Shown: positions 9,139-18,028 of the stretch, piece by piece
How the letters are laid out: every line of letters starts with the position of its first letter
How positions within the stretch are numbered: the first letter of the stretch is position 1
Source: a virus
Taxonomy: Duplodnaviria > Caudoviricetes
Virus record (IMG/VR): IMGVR_UViG_3300025886_000101
Coordinates: 1-31,544 of that record
DNA: 31,544 nucleotides
Direction: 5' to 3' (one strand)
Made by a program: the position numbers and the translations under genes
Notes under the pieces: model-generated
Database searches by the model: none
Told to the model about the DNA's origin: nothing
The model's input: the letters and a program-made list of their open reading frames with translations, nothing else

Positions 9139-10796
9139 TAGAATGCCTCCTTAATTTTGGTGTCCATCCAAGCTCGGATTCTTGCTTTCAATCTTGGTTT
9201 ATTTTTAATGAACTTAGCAAATCTTTCACCGAAAGTAAGGTAAGTTGATCTAAACCAGAACGGACTCACGAATAACATCCAGTGCCTAAATAACTTCCAT
9301 GCAGGATTGTGTTCTCCGTAAACTTCTCTTGCTACCCAACAACCTTTCCCTCTACTTGCAAACCCTCCTGCGAGACTACCTATACCCGAAAATAACCCAC
9401 CAATCATTGCACCCTCCCTAGCTTGGTCAGCACCATAATTTGCTGCATTGTAATTATTAATCATTGCTGACTGGTTTGCCATAAACTCTGCTCCTTGAGC
9501 AGGGTTAAACAATTGTGGGCCAGCATTGATTCCACCTGCTGCATTACCATACAGATTCTGTCCACTACCTACTGCGGCACCAGATGTTCTTCCCGTGATT
9601 GCCATAAATGGGTCTGCTGATGTAGCTTGTTCTAATCCGATCCGTTGAGCCGCAAATGCTTGATCCATCTGCCTACCTTGATCTGCCATGCCAATGACTT
9701 GACCAGCAAATTGCCTTCGCTCATTAAGTCTCTGTCGAGAGTACATATCATTATTTGCAACTTCATCAACTACCGCAGAGAAATCCCTGCCTCTTCCTCT
9801 TGCCCCCATAGCTGACCTAGATGCTTGCTCGATGTTTCGTCTCTCACGATCTGTAAGTGAACCTCCTAGCGCAAGTTCGTCCTGTGCCATACCGATCATC
9901 TGAGTTCGTAAACCTCCGTGATCCGTGCCTTGCTCTGCTAGTGTATTGTATGAATCTAATGCTTCTTGGATACCACCTTGTTTGCGATAAGCCTCTGTTA
10001 ATTGTCCTCCAAATTCATTAGCTAAACCAATCTCCGTTTGTGTTTGTTGATACTTAGTCCGCTCAAGCATATCTTGCTCAAGCTGCGATGTTCCCATGAA
10101 GTTTCCATCAATATCAAATCCAGCCTTTCTTGTATCACCGTCATAAAACTTAGTTAGTTGGTTTCCTGCAACCAAACCAATTGCACCAGTTCCACCCTCT
10201 ACTGAGTTTGCCTTGTTCTTATTGTATATAATATTCCCAGCAGCATCTTTTTTGTAGATTGCTTTACCCTGCTGGTCATTAATCCAGTTCTGTGCTTCAG
10301 TCTTTGAGTTAAAAACCTTTTCCGATCCATCATTACCAGTGACAATAAATTGTTCTTTAGGGATGGCAATTTTGGCAGTAGCGTTTTTCCGACCGACTCC
10401 AAGTGCGTTCGACATAGTAACACCAAAAGACCCAACACCACCCAAGACTCCTCCTCCAAACAGGGGAAGAGTGCCAGCCATGGCTTTAGTGAGTCCATCA
10501 TGGGCCGCCCTTATCTCTGCGGAATTATCTGATATAGTGTAATCGTCCTGTGAATTCGTGTAGCCTGTAATCTGCCTACCTTGGTCATCATATTTTATCT
10601 CATTACCAAACAGTCCCTCCTTGACGAGTTCCTGTTCCATTCTGGCATATGCAGGCCGACCATAACTTTGATTAGATTCTGCACGAAACAACGCTGGTGC
10701 CATGTTAACCTGTGCCTCCAGTGCCTCTTGAAATGTTTCTTCATAATTGTTTGTTACTGGTGCTGGCGCACTCCCTCCTCCTCCGTACATACCCAT
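9138..10796 (-). CDS. Putative DNA pilot / ejection protein with C-terminal CWVAREVYG (CFI-box-like) domain
   Basis: 552 aa. MGMYGGGGSAPAP N-terminus, Gln/Ala-rich helical body, Gly-rich hydrophobic segment GAMIGGLFSGIGSLAGGF, then GKG-CWVAREVYG...FRHWML...YLTFGERFAKFI. Confidence 0.7.
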   Translation of the reverse strand: MGMYGGGGSAPAPVTNNYEETFQEALEAQVNMAPALFRAESNQSYGRPAYARMEQELVKEGLFGNEIKYDDQGRQITGYTNSQDDYTISDNSAEIRAAHDGLTKAMAGTLPLFGGGVLGGVGSFGVTMSNALGVGRKNATAKIAIPKEQFIVTGNDGSEKVFNSKTEAQNWINDQQGKAIYKKDAAGNIIYNKNKANSVEGGTGAIGLVAGNQLTKFYDGDTRKAGFDIDGNFMGTSQLEQDMLERTKYQQTQTEIGLANEFGGQLTEAYRKQGGIQEALDSYNTLAEQGTDHGGLRTQMIGMAQDELALGGSLTDRERRNIEQASRSAMGARGRGRDFSAVVDEVANNDMYSRQRLNERRQFAGQVIGMADQGRQMDQAFAAQRIGLEQATSADPFMAITGRTSGAAVGSGQNLYGNAAGGINAGPQLFNPAQGAEFMANQSAMINNYNAANYGADQAREGAMIGGLFSGIGSLAGGFASRGKGCWVAREVYGEHNPAWKLFRHWMLFVSPFWFRSTYLTFGERFAKFIKNKPRLKARIRAWMDTKIKEAF

Positions 10797-10799
10797 GAC

Positions 10800-11249
10800 T
10801 TATTTCTCCTTATCGTAAGTTCTTAAACTTTTTAATTTTCTCATATGACCCCAACCACCTGCTAAATAAGCAATGTGCAGGAATACATCTAGATCTCCAC
10901 ATCGAACCACACATGCAACCTGCCTATCCCATTCGCATTCACTCTCTCCCATTGCATCACCGTCTAAAGTCCTATTTGCTAAACTAACAAGTAAGGGGAA
11001 GATGGATTCCTTATGAGCATTGTAAAATGGATTAAACGAAATGTGATTTACGAACTCTACTAGTTCATAAAATATCTGCTCCTTGGATGGTTCTTTATCT
11101 CGGTCAACCAAGTCATCAAACATGTGGTTAAAATTCCAAAGTCTCCATGCGAACTCATAGGCATGTACATTTCCAGCGGCCACCAGCTTACACCAGTCTT
11201 CTGCCTCTGGGTTCTTGGCGATCTCGTCCTCTGTCCTACAGTAGTCCAT
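10800..11249 (-). CDS. Isoprenoid-synthase / prenyltransferase-like DDxxD protein
   Basis: 149 aa, predicted helical, with HMFDDLVDRD (DDxxDxD Mg-diphosphate-binding-type motif) and NPFY. Directly upstream of the pilot gene. Confidence 0.55.
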   Translation of the reverse strand: MDYCRTEDEIAKNPEAEDWCKLVAAGNVHAYEFAWRLWNFNHMFDDLVDRDKEPSKEQIFYELVEFVNHISFNPFYNAHKESIFPLLVSLANRTLDGDAMGESECEWDRQVACVVRCGDLDVFLHIAYLAGGWGHMRKLKSLRTYDKEK

Positions 11250-13735
11250 TAGAGTAAGGCAGGGATAAGTTTGGAGTTCTTGTCGATACCACTGATGGTT
11301 GGATCACTTGCAATTGCAGGAGGTAGCTTTGTTTCCAAAGACTCATCAACTTGTCCCTTAATGTACTGGATCAGTTCGCCATTGTCTTGAGTCATGGGTT
11401 GGTCTCCGACATTTGCGTGAAGAATACTTGTTCCATTGTCACGGAAGATTCTAGCACCAGAAATTACCAATGGGGTGCTGCCAGTGTTTTGTAATTTAAT
11501 GTCAGCAACGGCAGTGTTCACACGGTAATTCATGTGATCGATTGCATCGATTGCACCAAACCACTCCTCGATGCCAGTGGACGAAGTTGTTTGCTTTACA
11601 TAAAAAGCATAGAACTCTCTGGCATCTGCAATCCCATCTCCATCCGAAATATCGATTTCTACATTTGGATAATCAGCGGACAGGGTAGTGAGATTGTCTG
11701 CATTAATTCCGTTGTCGTTATAAATGGTATCTGCCTGTTGGTCTGCCTCGAAACTAATTCCCACACTGGTTGCGATACCAAAAGCCTCGTAGGGCAGAAA
11801 TGCTGATGTCCCTGCTTGGCAGGTTATTCGCAGGCGTATGTTATCACCCACGCTCACTTCTTGGCCTGTGTATGTACCAGAGGATGTCACTTTGTTTCCT
11901 GCCGTTCCTGCCACAACCAAGTTTTCTACCTCTAGGTTTTTAGTGATATTGAAAAGTTGCAGGGTTGCAGTTGCCTCAACATTTGTAACTTCCCAAGGCA
12001 GGACTGTGTTCTGCCCAAAAGAACCAATGACCTCGGCATTATTACTCAGAGTAATTGTTCCAGTGGTCTGGATATTTCCGACAAAACTGGATGCCTTGAT
12101 CGTGATTGTAGTTCCATTAAACGCAAAGACATCAGTCGCTTGATCATCCACCACTACATCATATCCTCTGGCATTAATCGTGTTACCATCTCTAGTTACA
12201 ATGGTCTGGGTTTCCCCTGCGAAGTTATCTACCAGAAATGCCTTTGCCCTATTGTAAAACTTCTGTGGTGTATCAATCTCACTATAGGCATCTGTAGTTG
12301 CTCTTGGGTCAGTGATTGATGCATCGTCAAATAATACCCAGTCTACCTCCAGTTCACCAAGTCCTTTAAGTGCTTGGGTTGTAGAGGACAACATATGTCC
12401 ATAAGAACAAAACTTAAAATTAAAGTCATCCGCATTGGAATTGGAATCACTCCTGCGATCCACTTTGTAAAAGCCTCCAAATCTATCTGTGTCCCAGTCT
12501 AGGTAAGTAGGTGCTTGCATATCTGTTTCACGCCACCTATTTCCACTGAAAGTGTTAAAGTATTGAGTAGCGGAAGAATCATTAACTTTGTATTCTAGAA
12601 ATTGCGTAGCAGTAAGGACTCTAAATTTTGCAATATCTCCGCTTGTATCTGTGGTTTTTTCGTACTCAATTGAACCAGTGTAATCATATGATATTGTTTT
12701 ATTATTATTGCTAAGAGTTGCAGTAGCTAATGTTGGTTGGGAATAATTACGAGCAGAGATGGATGTTATGGAAATTGATTTTGCGAAGTTAGATGGATTG
12801 TCTTGCAAATATAACTTGACTCCTTCTATGCCAGTTGCACTTGTATCTTTAATGTTAAAAGACACTTCTTTATAGATAAAAGTGTTTCCCATCTGGGCTT
12901 CTGGCCCAGTAGTGTTCCTCCACATCGATCTAACATCTGATCCAGTTGCAGAGTTCACGATATGATGGTCTTGAATCGAATGCTCAGTGTTTGCACAATT
13001 TCCAATATCGTAATTAAAAATATTTTTACTTACATCAAAGTCGAAAAGTTCTGCCTCATAATACTCCCCAAAAACTCTACTGATTGCACCCTCACGGAAT
13101 ACGATCTTCTGCTCCGTCATGCGGTAGGCATCCATCACTGAAATGCCTCCTGCTAGTACAATATTTTGTGCGCGATCAGTTGAGATAGTTCCGTTGCCAA
13201 ACACTCTTATTTCTAAGCTAAATCTGTCACTAGCATTTAGAAAAACAGTTTCTTCAATGTCTGCATTTCCCCCAAAGTATAAGCCTCTACTACACTCGAT
13301 AACTCCACCTCTACAAATAAAATTAGCGCTAGATGCACCAAAGTTAATCGCATTGTCAGATGGATGCCAGTTGGAGTAACCCCTGCCAGTGATCATCAAT
13401 CCACAACCAGAGGAGTACCCCACTTTCCCATCACTCGTAGTGGTTTTTACTCCGTAATTATAAGTTGCCCCTGCATCAATCTTTAACACTGGTTCATTGA
13501 CACTATTTGATCCACTTCCTTTGTCATGATGGAAAATCATCAACTCCCTGTCTGGGTCATGTGATAAAGTTCCATCAATTAGCAATCTAAGATCACCCAT
13601 ATCATAGGTAACCTTGCCTCTTGTTGGATCATCATCGTAAACAGTAACCCCAGTGATTCCACTCAATCCACTAAGGTCTGTGTCAGTGCCACTTTGTGTG
13701 ATTACTCCAGTTGTAGCATTTAGTGAAAAACTCAT
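11249..13735 (-). CDS. Large beta-rich tail spike / receptor-binding protein
   Basis: 828 aa, T/S/G/D/N-rich beta-strand-like composition, last gene of the tail fibre cluster. Confidence 0.6.
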   Translation of the reverse strand: MSFSLNATTGVITQSGTDTDLSGLSGITGVTVYDDDPTRGKVTYDMGDLRLLIDGTLSHDPDRELMIFHHDKGSGSNSVNEPVLKIDAGATYNYGVKTTTSDGKVGYSSGCGLMITGRGYSNWHPSDNAINFGASSANFICRGGVIECSRGLYFGGNADIEETVFLNASDRFSLEIRVFGNGTISTDRAQNIVLAGGISVMDAYRMTEQKIVFREGAISRVFGEYYEAELFDFDVSKNIFNYDIGNCANTEHSIQDHHIVNSATGSDVRSMWRNTTGPEAQMGNTFIYKEVSFNIKDTSATGIEGVKLYLQDNPSNFAKSISITSISARNYSQPTLATATLSNNNKTISYDYTGSIEYEKTTDTSGDIAKFRVLTATQFLEYKVNDSSATQYFNTFSGNRWRETDMQAPTYLDWDTDRFGGFYKVDRRSDSNSNADDFNFKFCSYGHMLSSTTQALKGLGELEVDWVLFDDASITDPRATTDAYSEIDTPQKFYNRAKAFLVDNFAGETQTIVTRDGNTINARGYDVVVDDQATDVFAFNGTTITIKASSFVGNIQTTGTITLSNNAEVIGSFGQNTVLPWEVTNVEATATLQLFNITKNLEVENLVVAGTAGNKVTSSGTYTGQEVSVGDNIRLRITCQAGTSAFLPYEAFGIATSVGISFEADQQADTIYNDNGINADNLTTLSADYPNVEIDISDGDGIADAREFYAFYVKQTTSSTGIEEWFGAIDAIDHMNYRVNTAVADIKLQNTGSTPLVISGARIFRDNGTSILHANVGDQPMTQDNGELIQYIKGQVDESLETKLPPAIASDPTISGIDKNSKLIPALL

Positions 13736-14040
13736 GCGTAATCCTTTTCTATCGAATCCAAATCACCACTGGTTGCATCGTAAGCAAGGGTCTGGGTTAA
13801 GACTGTAGTCCCACTGGAATCTGTGACCACTATGCCAGTAAGTGATCCAGAGGTGTAGGAGAGTGTCTTAGTCTTGACCAAGGTTGCTTTGGTTGAATCA
13901 GTGTATGTAGTTACTGTGGATACATTCCCATTTGAGTCATATCCAATTTCAGAAAAAGTATCTGGCCCAGACAGACCTTGCAGACGAGAGGAAAACTCCT
14001 GTCCGATCTTTGCACCAATCTGGGCGAGGATACTTGACAT
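13732..14040 (-). CDS. Small tail-associated protein
   Basis: 102 aa with YD-like beta hairpins (GYDSNGNV, SYTSGSL, AYDATSGDL). N-terminus ILAQIGAKIG resembles that of the upstream gene. Confidence 0.7.
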   Translation of the reverse strand: MSSILAQIGAKIGQEFSSRLQGLSGPDTFSEIGYDSNGNVSTVTTYTDSTKATLVKTKTLSYTSGSLTGIVVTDSSGTTVLTQTLAYDATSGDLDSIEKDYA

Positions 14041-14777
14041 TACAGATTAGCTAAGAACTCAGTTTCAAAAGATGCGTAGTTACCCAGAGAAACATTATTG
14101 ATCAGAATTGCTGATCCATTGGGTACGATTAATTTTTCAGCATCGACATCACCCACATTTAATTTGGCATCATTCGCACCTTTTTTTAGTGAGAATAAAT
14201 CAAGAGTGTCATCCCAGACAAACAATGCTTTATCTAAAACATTACCAACTGTGTCATTGCCTCGATTAATTTGCAGTCCACCAGTCTGAGCAGTTTCTGC
14301 CCCAGTAGTCGGAACTAGGTTAACCTCAATAATATTATCCTCTACCTCAAGTGTCTGTGTATTCAGTGAGGTGGTTGTTCCATTAACAGTTAGGTTTCCA
14401 CCAAGTGTTAAATTCTGTGCGGAAAGGTCACCACTAAATGATGCACTATTACCATCTACCGCAATTGATCCTGTCCTTGTTTGCAGAGCAGAAATATCCG
14501 TATCATTTGAAGAGATATTAGTAGCATTCGTGGCAATGGCATTAGCATTATTAGAAATGTTTGTGGCATTAGTTGAAATGTTTGACGCATTGGTAGTAAT
14601 GTCCGTTGCGTTAGTTGCTATCGCAGATGCGTTGGTAGCAATGTCACTTGCATTAGTGGCAATGTTTGTTGCATTGGTTGCGATGTTGGCACTGTTGGTA
14701 GCGATATCAGCAGAGAGACTATTGATCTGTGTCCCTACTTTCTCTCCGATTTTTCCTAGTATGTCTGTTGCTGGCAT
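14040..14777 (-). CDS. Tail fibre protein with trimeric coiled-coil heptads
   Basis: 245 aa, about 10 IATNATN-type heptads, then GNLTVNGTTT...VEDNIIEVN...GGLQINRG, a common phage fibre segment. Confidence 0.8.
   Translation of the reverse strand: MPATDILGKIGEKVGTQINSLSADIATNSANIATNATNIATNASDIATNASAIATNATDITTNASNISTNATNISNNANAIATNATNISSNDTDISALQTRTGSIAVDGNSASFSGDLSAQNLTLGGNLTVNGTTTSLNTQTLEVEDNIIEVNLVPTTGAETAQTGGLQINRGNDTVGNVLDKALFVWDDTLDLFSLKKGANDAKLNVGDVDAEKLIVPNGSAILINNVSLGNYASFETEFLANL
14490..14712 (-). repeat. 21-bp degenerate tandem repeat encoding I-A/S-T-N-A-T/S-N/D heptads
   Basis: IATNSAN IATNATN IATNASD IATNASA IATNATD ITTNASN ISTNATN ISNNANA IATNATN ISSNDTD. Asn-at-d trimeric coiled-coil pattern. 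Confidence 0.9.
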
Positions 14778-14789
14778 TTTTTTATTTTG

Positions 14790-15050
14790 TTAAGTTAAAG
14801 TTGTTTGTAATCCTAATTCAAAAGTTGCTTCATCTCCGTATTCTTCTCGAATTGCATCGAGTCCTGCATCGTCCACATAAGGTAGGTTATTCCACGATGT
14901 GAAACCATCGCCACACTTTAATCGGCCACCTCCACCAGTGCCATCCTGTGCATTCAGAACTACAGAAATCTCACCTTCCTGTAAGGCTGGGTTGACACTT
15001 TGCCAGTTAAAAAGAGTGTCCCTACGAAGCTTTATCCTGCGGACACTCAT
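14790..15050 (-). CDS. Stand-alone Mtd_N (major tropism determinant N-terminal)-like domain protein
   Basis: RIKLRRDT..NWQSVNPALQEGE...RLKCGDGFTSWNNLPY is the characteristic Mtd_N/hyaluronidase N-terminal motif. Confidence 0.8.
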   Translation of the reverse strand: MSVRRIKLRRDTLFNWQSVNPALQEGEISVVLNAQDGTGGGGRLKCGDGFTSWNNLPYVDDAGLDAIREEYGDEATFELGLQTTLT

Positions 15051-15433
15051 GCGTTACCTCCATCCAAGTCAAATGCATCTACATAGTCTGGTTCTGAGTC
15101 TGCTTCACCTCCGTCAATCACTGCATCTACAAAGTCAGTATTTGCAACTGAGACCCACTTGCTAGATTGGGAATTATATTGCAGGACTGAGAAATCTTCT
15201 GGGTTAGTTGCCTCAACATCTGTGACATCATCCAGTGCGACCGATCCTCCATTCCCAGAGGGTAATCCATTAAGATCACCAGAGATGTTATTGATTACCG
15301 CATTATCAATTGTGAGAGTAGGGTATTCAGTCGGAAACTCAATATCTGGAGTTACTGCCTCTTGGAATAAAGTAGGTTGAAACTCTACACCAACAACTGG
15401 ACGGGCAACAGTGACTCTGGGATTAGTTGCCAT
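15047..15433 (-). CDS. Acidic tail-associated protein (probable start MATNPRV)
   Basis: ATG at 15433 overlaps the nozzle gene end. Contains the LDDVTDV...VLQYNSQSSKW fibre motif and two C-terminal (I/L)DGG motifs. Confidence 0.7.
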   Translation of the reverse strand: MATNPRVTVARPVVGVEFQPTLFQEAVTPDIEFPTEYPTLTIDNAVINNISGDLNGLPSGNGGSVALDDVTDVEATNPEDFSVLQYNSQSSKWVSVANTDFVDAVIDGGEADSEPDYVDAFDLDGGNA

Positions 15434-17024
15434 AATTATTAGCACTCCTTCCACCATGCACGAATGCCTCTATGCCCACACTTTTTAGGTCAATACGACC
15501 TCCAGTATTCTTTACATCCACGGATGCCGAATAACCCCTCTGTCGGATATTAAATCGTGAAAGAGTATTGTTTGTTCCATTAGATGCAGATTGTCTGCTA
15601 ATGACAGAAGTATCTGGTGCTTTGGTATGCACCTTGATTTCCATTTCAGAATCTCCCTCACTGGAATAATTTAATGATCCACGAACAAACTTTTTTACAT
15701 CCCTGCTTTGTAGAGCATAGTCTCTTGTGCGAACTCTACTGACAATTGGAACTCCATTGTCGGTCTCTTCTGAATCATAGATAAAAACATTATTGTCAGA
15801 CAGGATATAAAGGTCTGGCCCTAATGTTTCCATATCCAGAATCTTGATGTTTGTGTCTTGAAATGTGTCTATTGATTCCCAGACCGAAGTTAAGGAATTG
15901 TAAACTGCAATTGCAGAGCAATCATTGTGGCTTGAGTCGAGCATGGGGAATGCGAAGTAGACCCTATTTCTATGGTACTTGACTATGCACTTTTCAATGT
16001 CATCCAAGTTCACCTTTTCAATGAATGGTGTAATTGGTTTCGACAATGGTTGCTGATCTAAAGTGACTTTGGATATCGCAACCCCCAAACCTTTGGCTGG
16101 GTCACTAGATGGTACAAGCACTTGCACATTGCCTTCGCTTGAGACGAAGTAAGTGTATGATCCATTTTGTGTGAATGCTCTCTTCCCTGCGATGCCATAC
16201 TGCCTAGAGATTTCATAACTAGCGGAGTTACCTTCCAGTGCATGGACATTATTTATTAAATGAATTGATTCCTTGTTGAAGACCAATAATTGGTTTTCCA
16301 TGAATGGTGCAAATCCAAGGGTGATATCACTAGTTCCCTTGTTGGCATAGAAAGTATTTATTGGGCTAAAATTATTAGCATCAAAAATATCTGAGAATGC
16401 AATCGAGGTTGGCGAGTCATCGTAATGGGGAGTGATTATCCTGTTCGCAAAATGGATGCCGAATGGAGCATTAGGACAGGCAAAGAAAGTATCTTCTGTG
16501 ATGCTTGGTTCTTCTGGTAAATCAACAATGGTTGAACCTAATTGACCATCCCAAATTTTCGGTCTCCGTCCACCAGAAAAAAGTATTACTTTATCAAATG
16601 CCTGTATTCCAAAAACATCATCTGATTCTGCAAAGGGTGTAGATAAAGATTGATCAATAGATGAGTAGTCTGACCACTGGTAAAATATATTAGACCATAC
16701 TTGATCGTTATCCGCATAGTCTGTTGAAATATCAGTTGCTTTACTTCCGTAAATCTGACTTGGAGTGATGATTAAAATGTCTTCTCGATTGTTCACTGGA
16801 TCGAGAAATTTAACTAACGCTTTTCCATTCTCTATTGCTCCGACTGATCGGAGTCCTTTGCGAGTTGAGATCACTCCTTGATTAATCCTTACATTTTCTG
16901 CGACTTGTAAAGTCCCTGCTTGCAGGAGAACTGGTTCACTCTGTTGGTCTAGACCCATGAATGCAGGGTCACCATCCTCCATGAATGGATCATCTAATTG
17001 ACCATGTGAACGAAATCGAGGCAT
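15423..17024 (-). CDS. Tail nozzle / tail tubular protein B-like (DNA stabilisation) protein
   Basis: 533 aa, beta-propeller-like composition (FANRII, IAFSDIFD, LLVFNKESIHLI, YGIAG, PLSKPI), size and position typical of podovirus nozzles. Confidence 0.7.
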   Translation of the reverse strand: MPRFRSHGQLDDPFMEDGDPAFMGLDQQSEPVLLQAGTLQVAENVRINQGVISTRKGLRSVGAIENGKALVKFLDPVNNREDILIITPSQIYGSKATDISTDYADNDQVWSNIFYQWSDYSSIDQSLSTPFAESDDVFGIQAFDKVILFSGGRRPKIWDGQLGSTIVDLPEEPSITEDTFFACPNAPFGIHFANRIITPHYDDSPTSIAFSDIFDANNFSPINTFYANKGTSDITLGFAPFMENQLLVFNKESIHLINNVHALEGNSASYEISRQYGIAGKRAFTQNGSYTYFVSSEGNVQVLVPSSDPAKGLGVAISKVTLDQQPLSKPITPFIEKVNLDDIEKCIVKYHRNRVYFAFPMLDSSHNDCSAIAVYNSLTSVWESIDTFQDTNIKILDMETLGPDLYILSDNNVFIYDSEETDNGVPIVSRVRTRDYALQSRDVKKFVRGSLNYSSEGDSEMEIKVHTKAPDTSVISRQSASNGTNNTLSRFNIRQRGYSASVDVKNTGGRIDLKSVGIEAFVHGGRSANNYGN

Positions 17025-17195
17025 CTATTTATCCTTCTTCATTGCCTTCCAGTTGGCATAAAGTTTCTGTGACAATATGAGGATTGTCAGCACTCCTGTA
17101 ATAGTGGCCAGAGCAGGATTCACTAACTCATTTAAAATGATAGTAGTGCCTGTGCCACTTGCTCCTAAAATAATAGTTGGGTTCAAATCATTCAT
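17025..17195 (-). CDS. Small holin-like membrane protein (56 aa)
   Basis: ATG at 17195 overlaps the upstream TGA. MNDLNPTIILGASGTG...LATITGVLTILILSQKLYANWKAMKKDK has hydrophobic segments and a basic tail. Confidence 0.6.
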   Translation of the reverse strand: MNDLNPTIILGASGTGTTIILNELVNPALATITGVLTILILSQKLYANWKAMKKDK

Positions 17196-17656
17196 CGTCT
17201 TGGACTGGGGCCGAAATAGAATCCCAGAATACAGGGAAGGATGGTGAGGTTTCCCATAAGGGAGATGTGTCCAGTAGAGATCGTGATCGGCTCTTGGGTT
17301 GCTTGCCAACTGATAAGTCCGAAGAGAATTTCGGTTGTTCCTTCTCCATTTGCGTTGGACAAGGTGACCAGTGGCGAGTTTGGAAATGCGGTACACATGA
17401 GGATACTAGCACAGAGGGAACTAACACCCAAAAATGCCAGTGATTTACGCACACGACTAGTAGACTCTGAAGCAGGGTTTTTAGCGAGGCACTCTTGTAA
17501 TCTAAGGAAATTATCATTCGCACGACTTTCCCTCGCAAGTTCCAAGTCATGCTTTTGTTTCCTAGCTTCAAACACCATCCCAAAAACACCTTTAAGGATT
17601 GCACCCATAGCAGTTGAGCCTCCACCAGTAAGAAACATGACAAGGATTTCACCCAT
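17192..17656 (-). CDS. Holin-like multi-TM membrane protein (154 aa)
   Basis: Start MGEILVMFLTGGGSTAMG just after the upstream stop. Hydrophobic N-terminus, a coiled segment, a TM after RVRK, and a C-terminal ILGFYFGPSPRR, similar to 3TM-holin-type termini. Confidence 0.6.
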   Translation of the reverse strand: MGEILVMFLTGGGSTAMGAILKGVFGMVFEARKQKHDLELARESRANDNFLRLQECLAKNPASESTSRVRKSLAFLGVSSLCASILMCTAFPNSPLVTLSNANGEGTTEILFGLISWQATQEPITISTGHISLMGNLTILPCILGFYFGPSPRR

Positions 17657-17657
17657 C

Positions 17658-17966
17658 TCACCTAGCCCCTCCGTATCTGATCTCGTCAATAAGGGTTTCG
17701 TATTTGGTTAACCTTTTATTGATTAGTTCAATGTTAAGGTTTTGCATGACATCGGCAGGTAACTCACCTTCTCTCGGCCACTTAATACGAAATTCCGAAT
17801 TTAATTCTACCTCATGCTTCACTCTCTCTAAATCCAATTCCAGTGCATTAATAGATGCCATGATCATAGCACCAGAATATACGCAAAACACCACTGCCGA
17901 AATTAGCTTGATAGCAAATCCCGTGTTTGTTTTTAAACTAGAGTTTTCTGAGATTCCTTCAGACAT
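17658..17966 (-). CDS. Membrane-anchored coiled-coil protein (lysis-module associated)
   Basis: 102 aa, one N-terminal TM followed by a coiled coil. Confidence 0.65.
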   Translation of the reverse strand: MSEGISENSSLKTNTGFAIKLISAVVFCVYSGAMIMASINALELDLERVKHEVELNSEFRIKWPREGELPADVMQNLNIELINKRLTKYETLIDEIRYGGAR

Positions 17967-17970
17967 GATT

Positions 17971-18003
17971 TAAAACCCCACCCCCTCAGATGAGGGGATG
18001 GGT
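17971..18003 (-). terminator. Rho-independent terminator-like hairpin
   Basis: Minus strand CCCATCCCCTCA-TC-TGAGGGGGTGGG followed by GTTTTAAA, about 25 nt after the stop of 18029..18433. Confidence 0.65.
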
Positions 18004-18028
18004 AGATGAGTAATTACGATATCCCAAA

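Noticed and set aside
9141-9352. Intein/Hint domain at the pilot C-terminus
   Set aside because: It has the Gly-Cys start but is only ~67 aa, looks helical, and lacks TxxH and HN motifs.
14490-14712. CRISPR-like or non-coding repeat array
   Set aside because: The period is 21 bp, in frame and degenerate at synonymous sites, with no spacers. It encodes a coiled coil.
14790-15050. Diversity-generating retroelement suggested by the Mtd_N domain
   Set aside because: No reverse transcriptase and no TR/VR repeat pair seen in the window. Mtd_N is a generic fibre anchoring domain.
17188-17711. Overlapping 157-aa (-) and 156-aa (+) ORFs over the holin-like gene, considered as an embedded spanin
   Set aside because: No convincing lipobox or signal peptide, and unnatural composition. 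The 17192..17656 frame couples cleanly to both neighbours.
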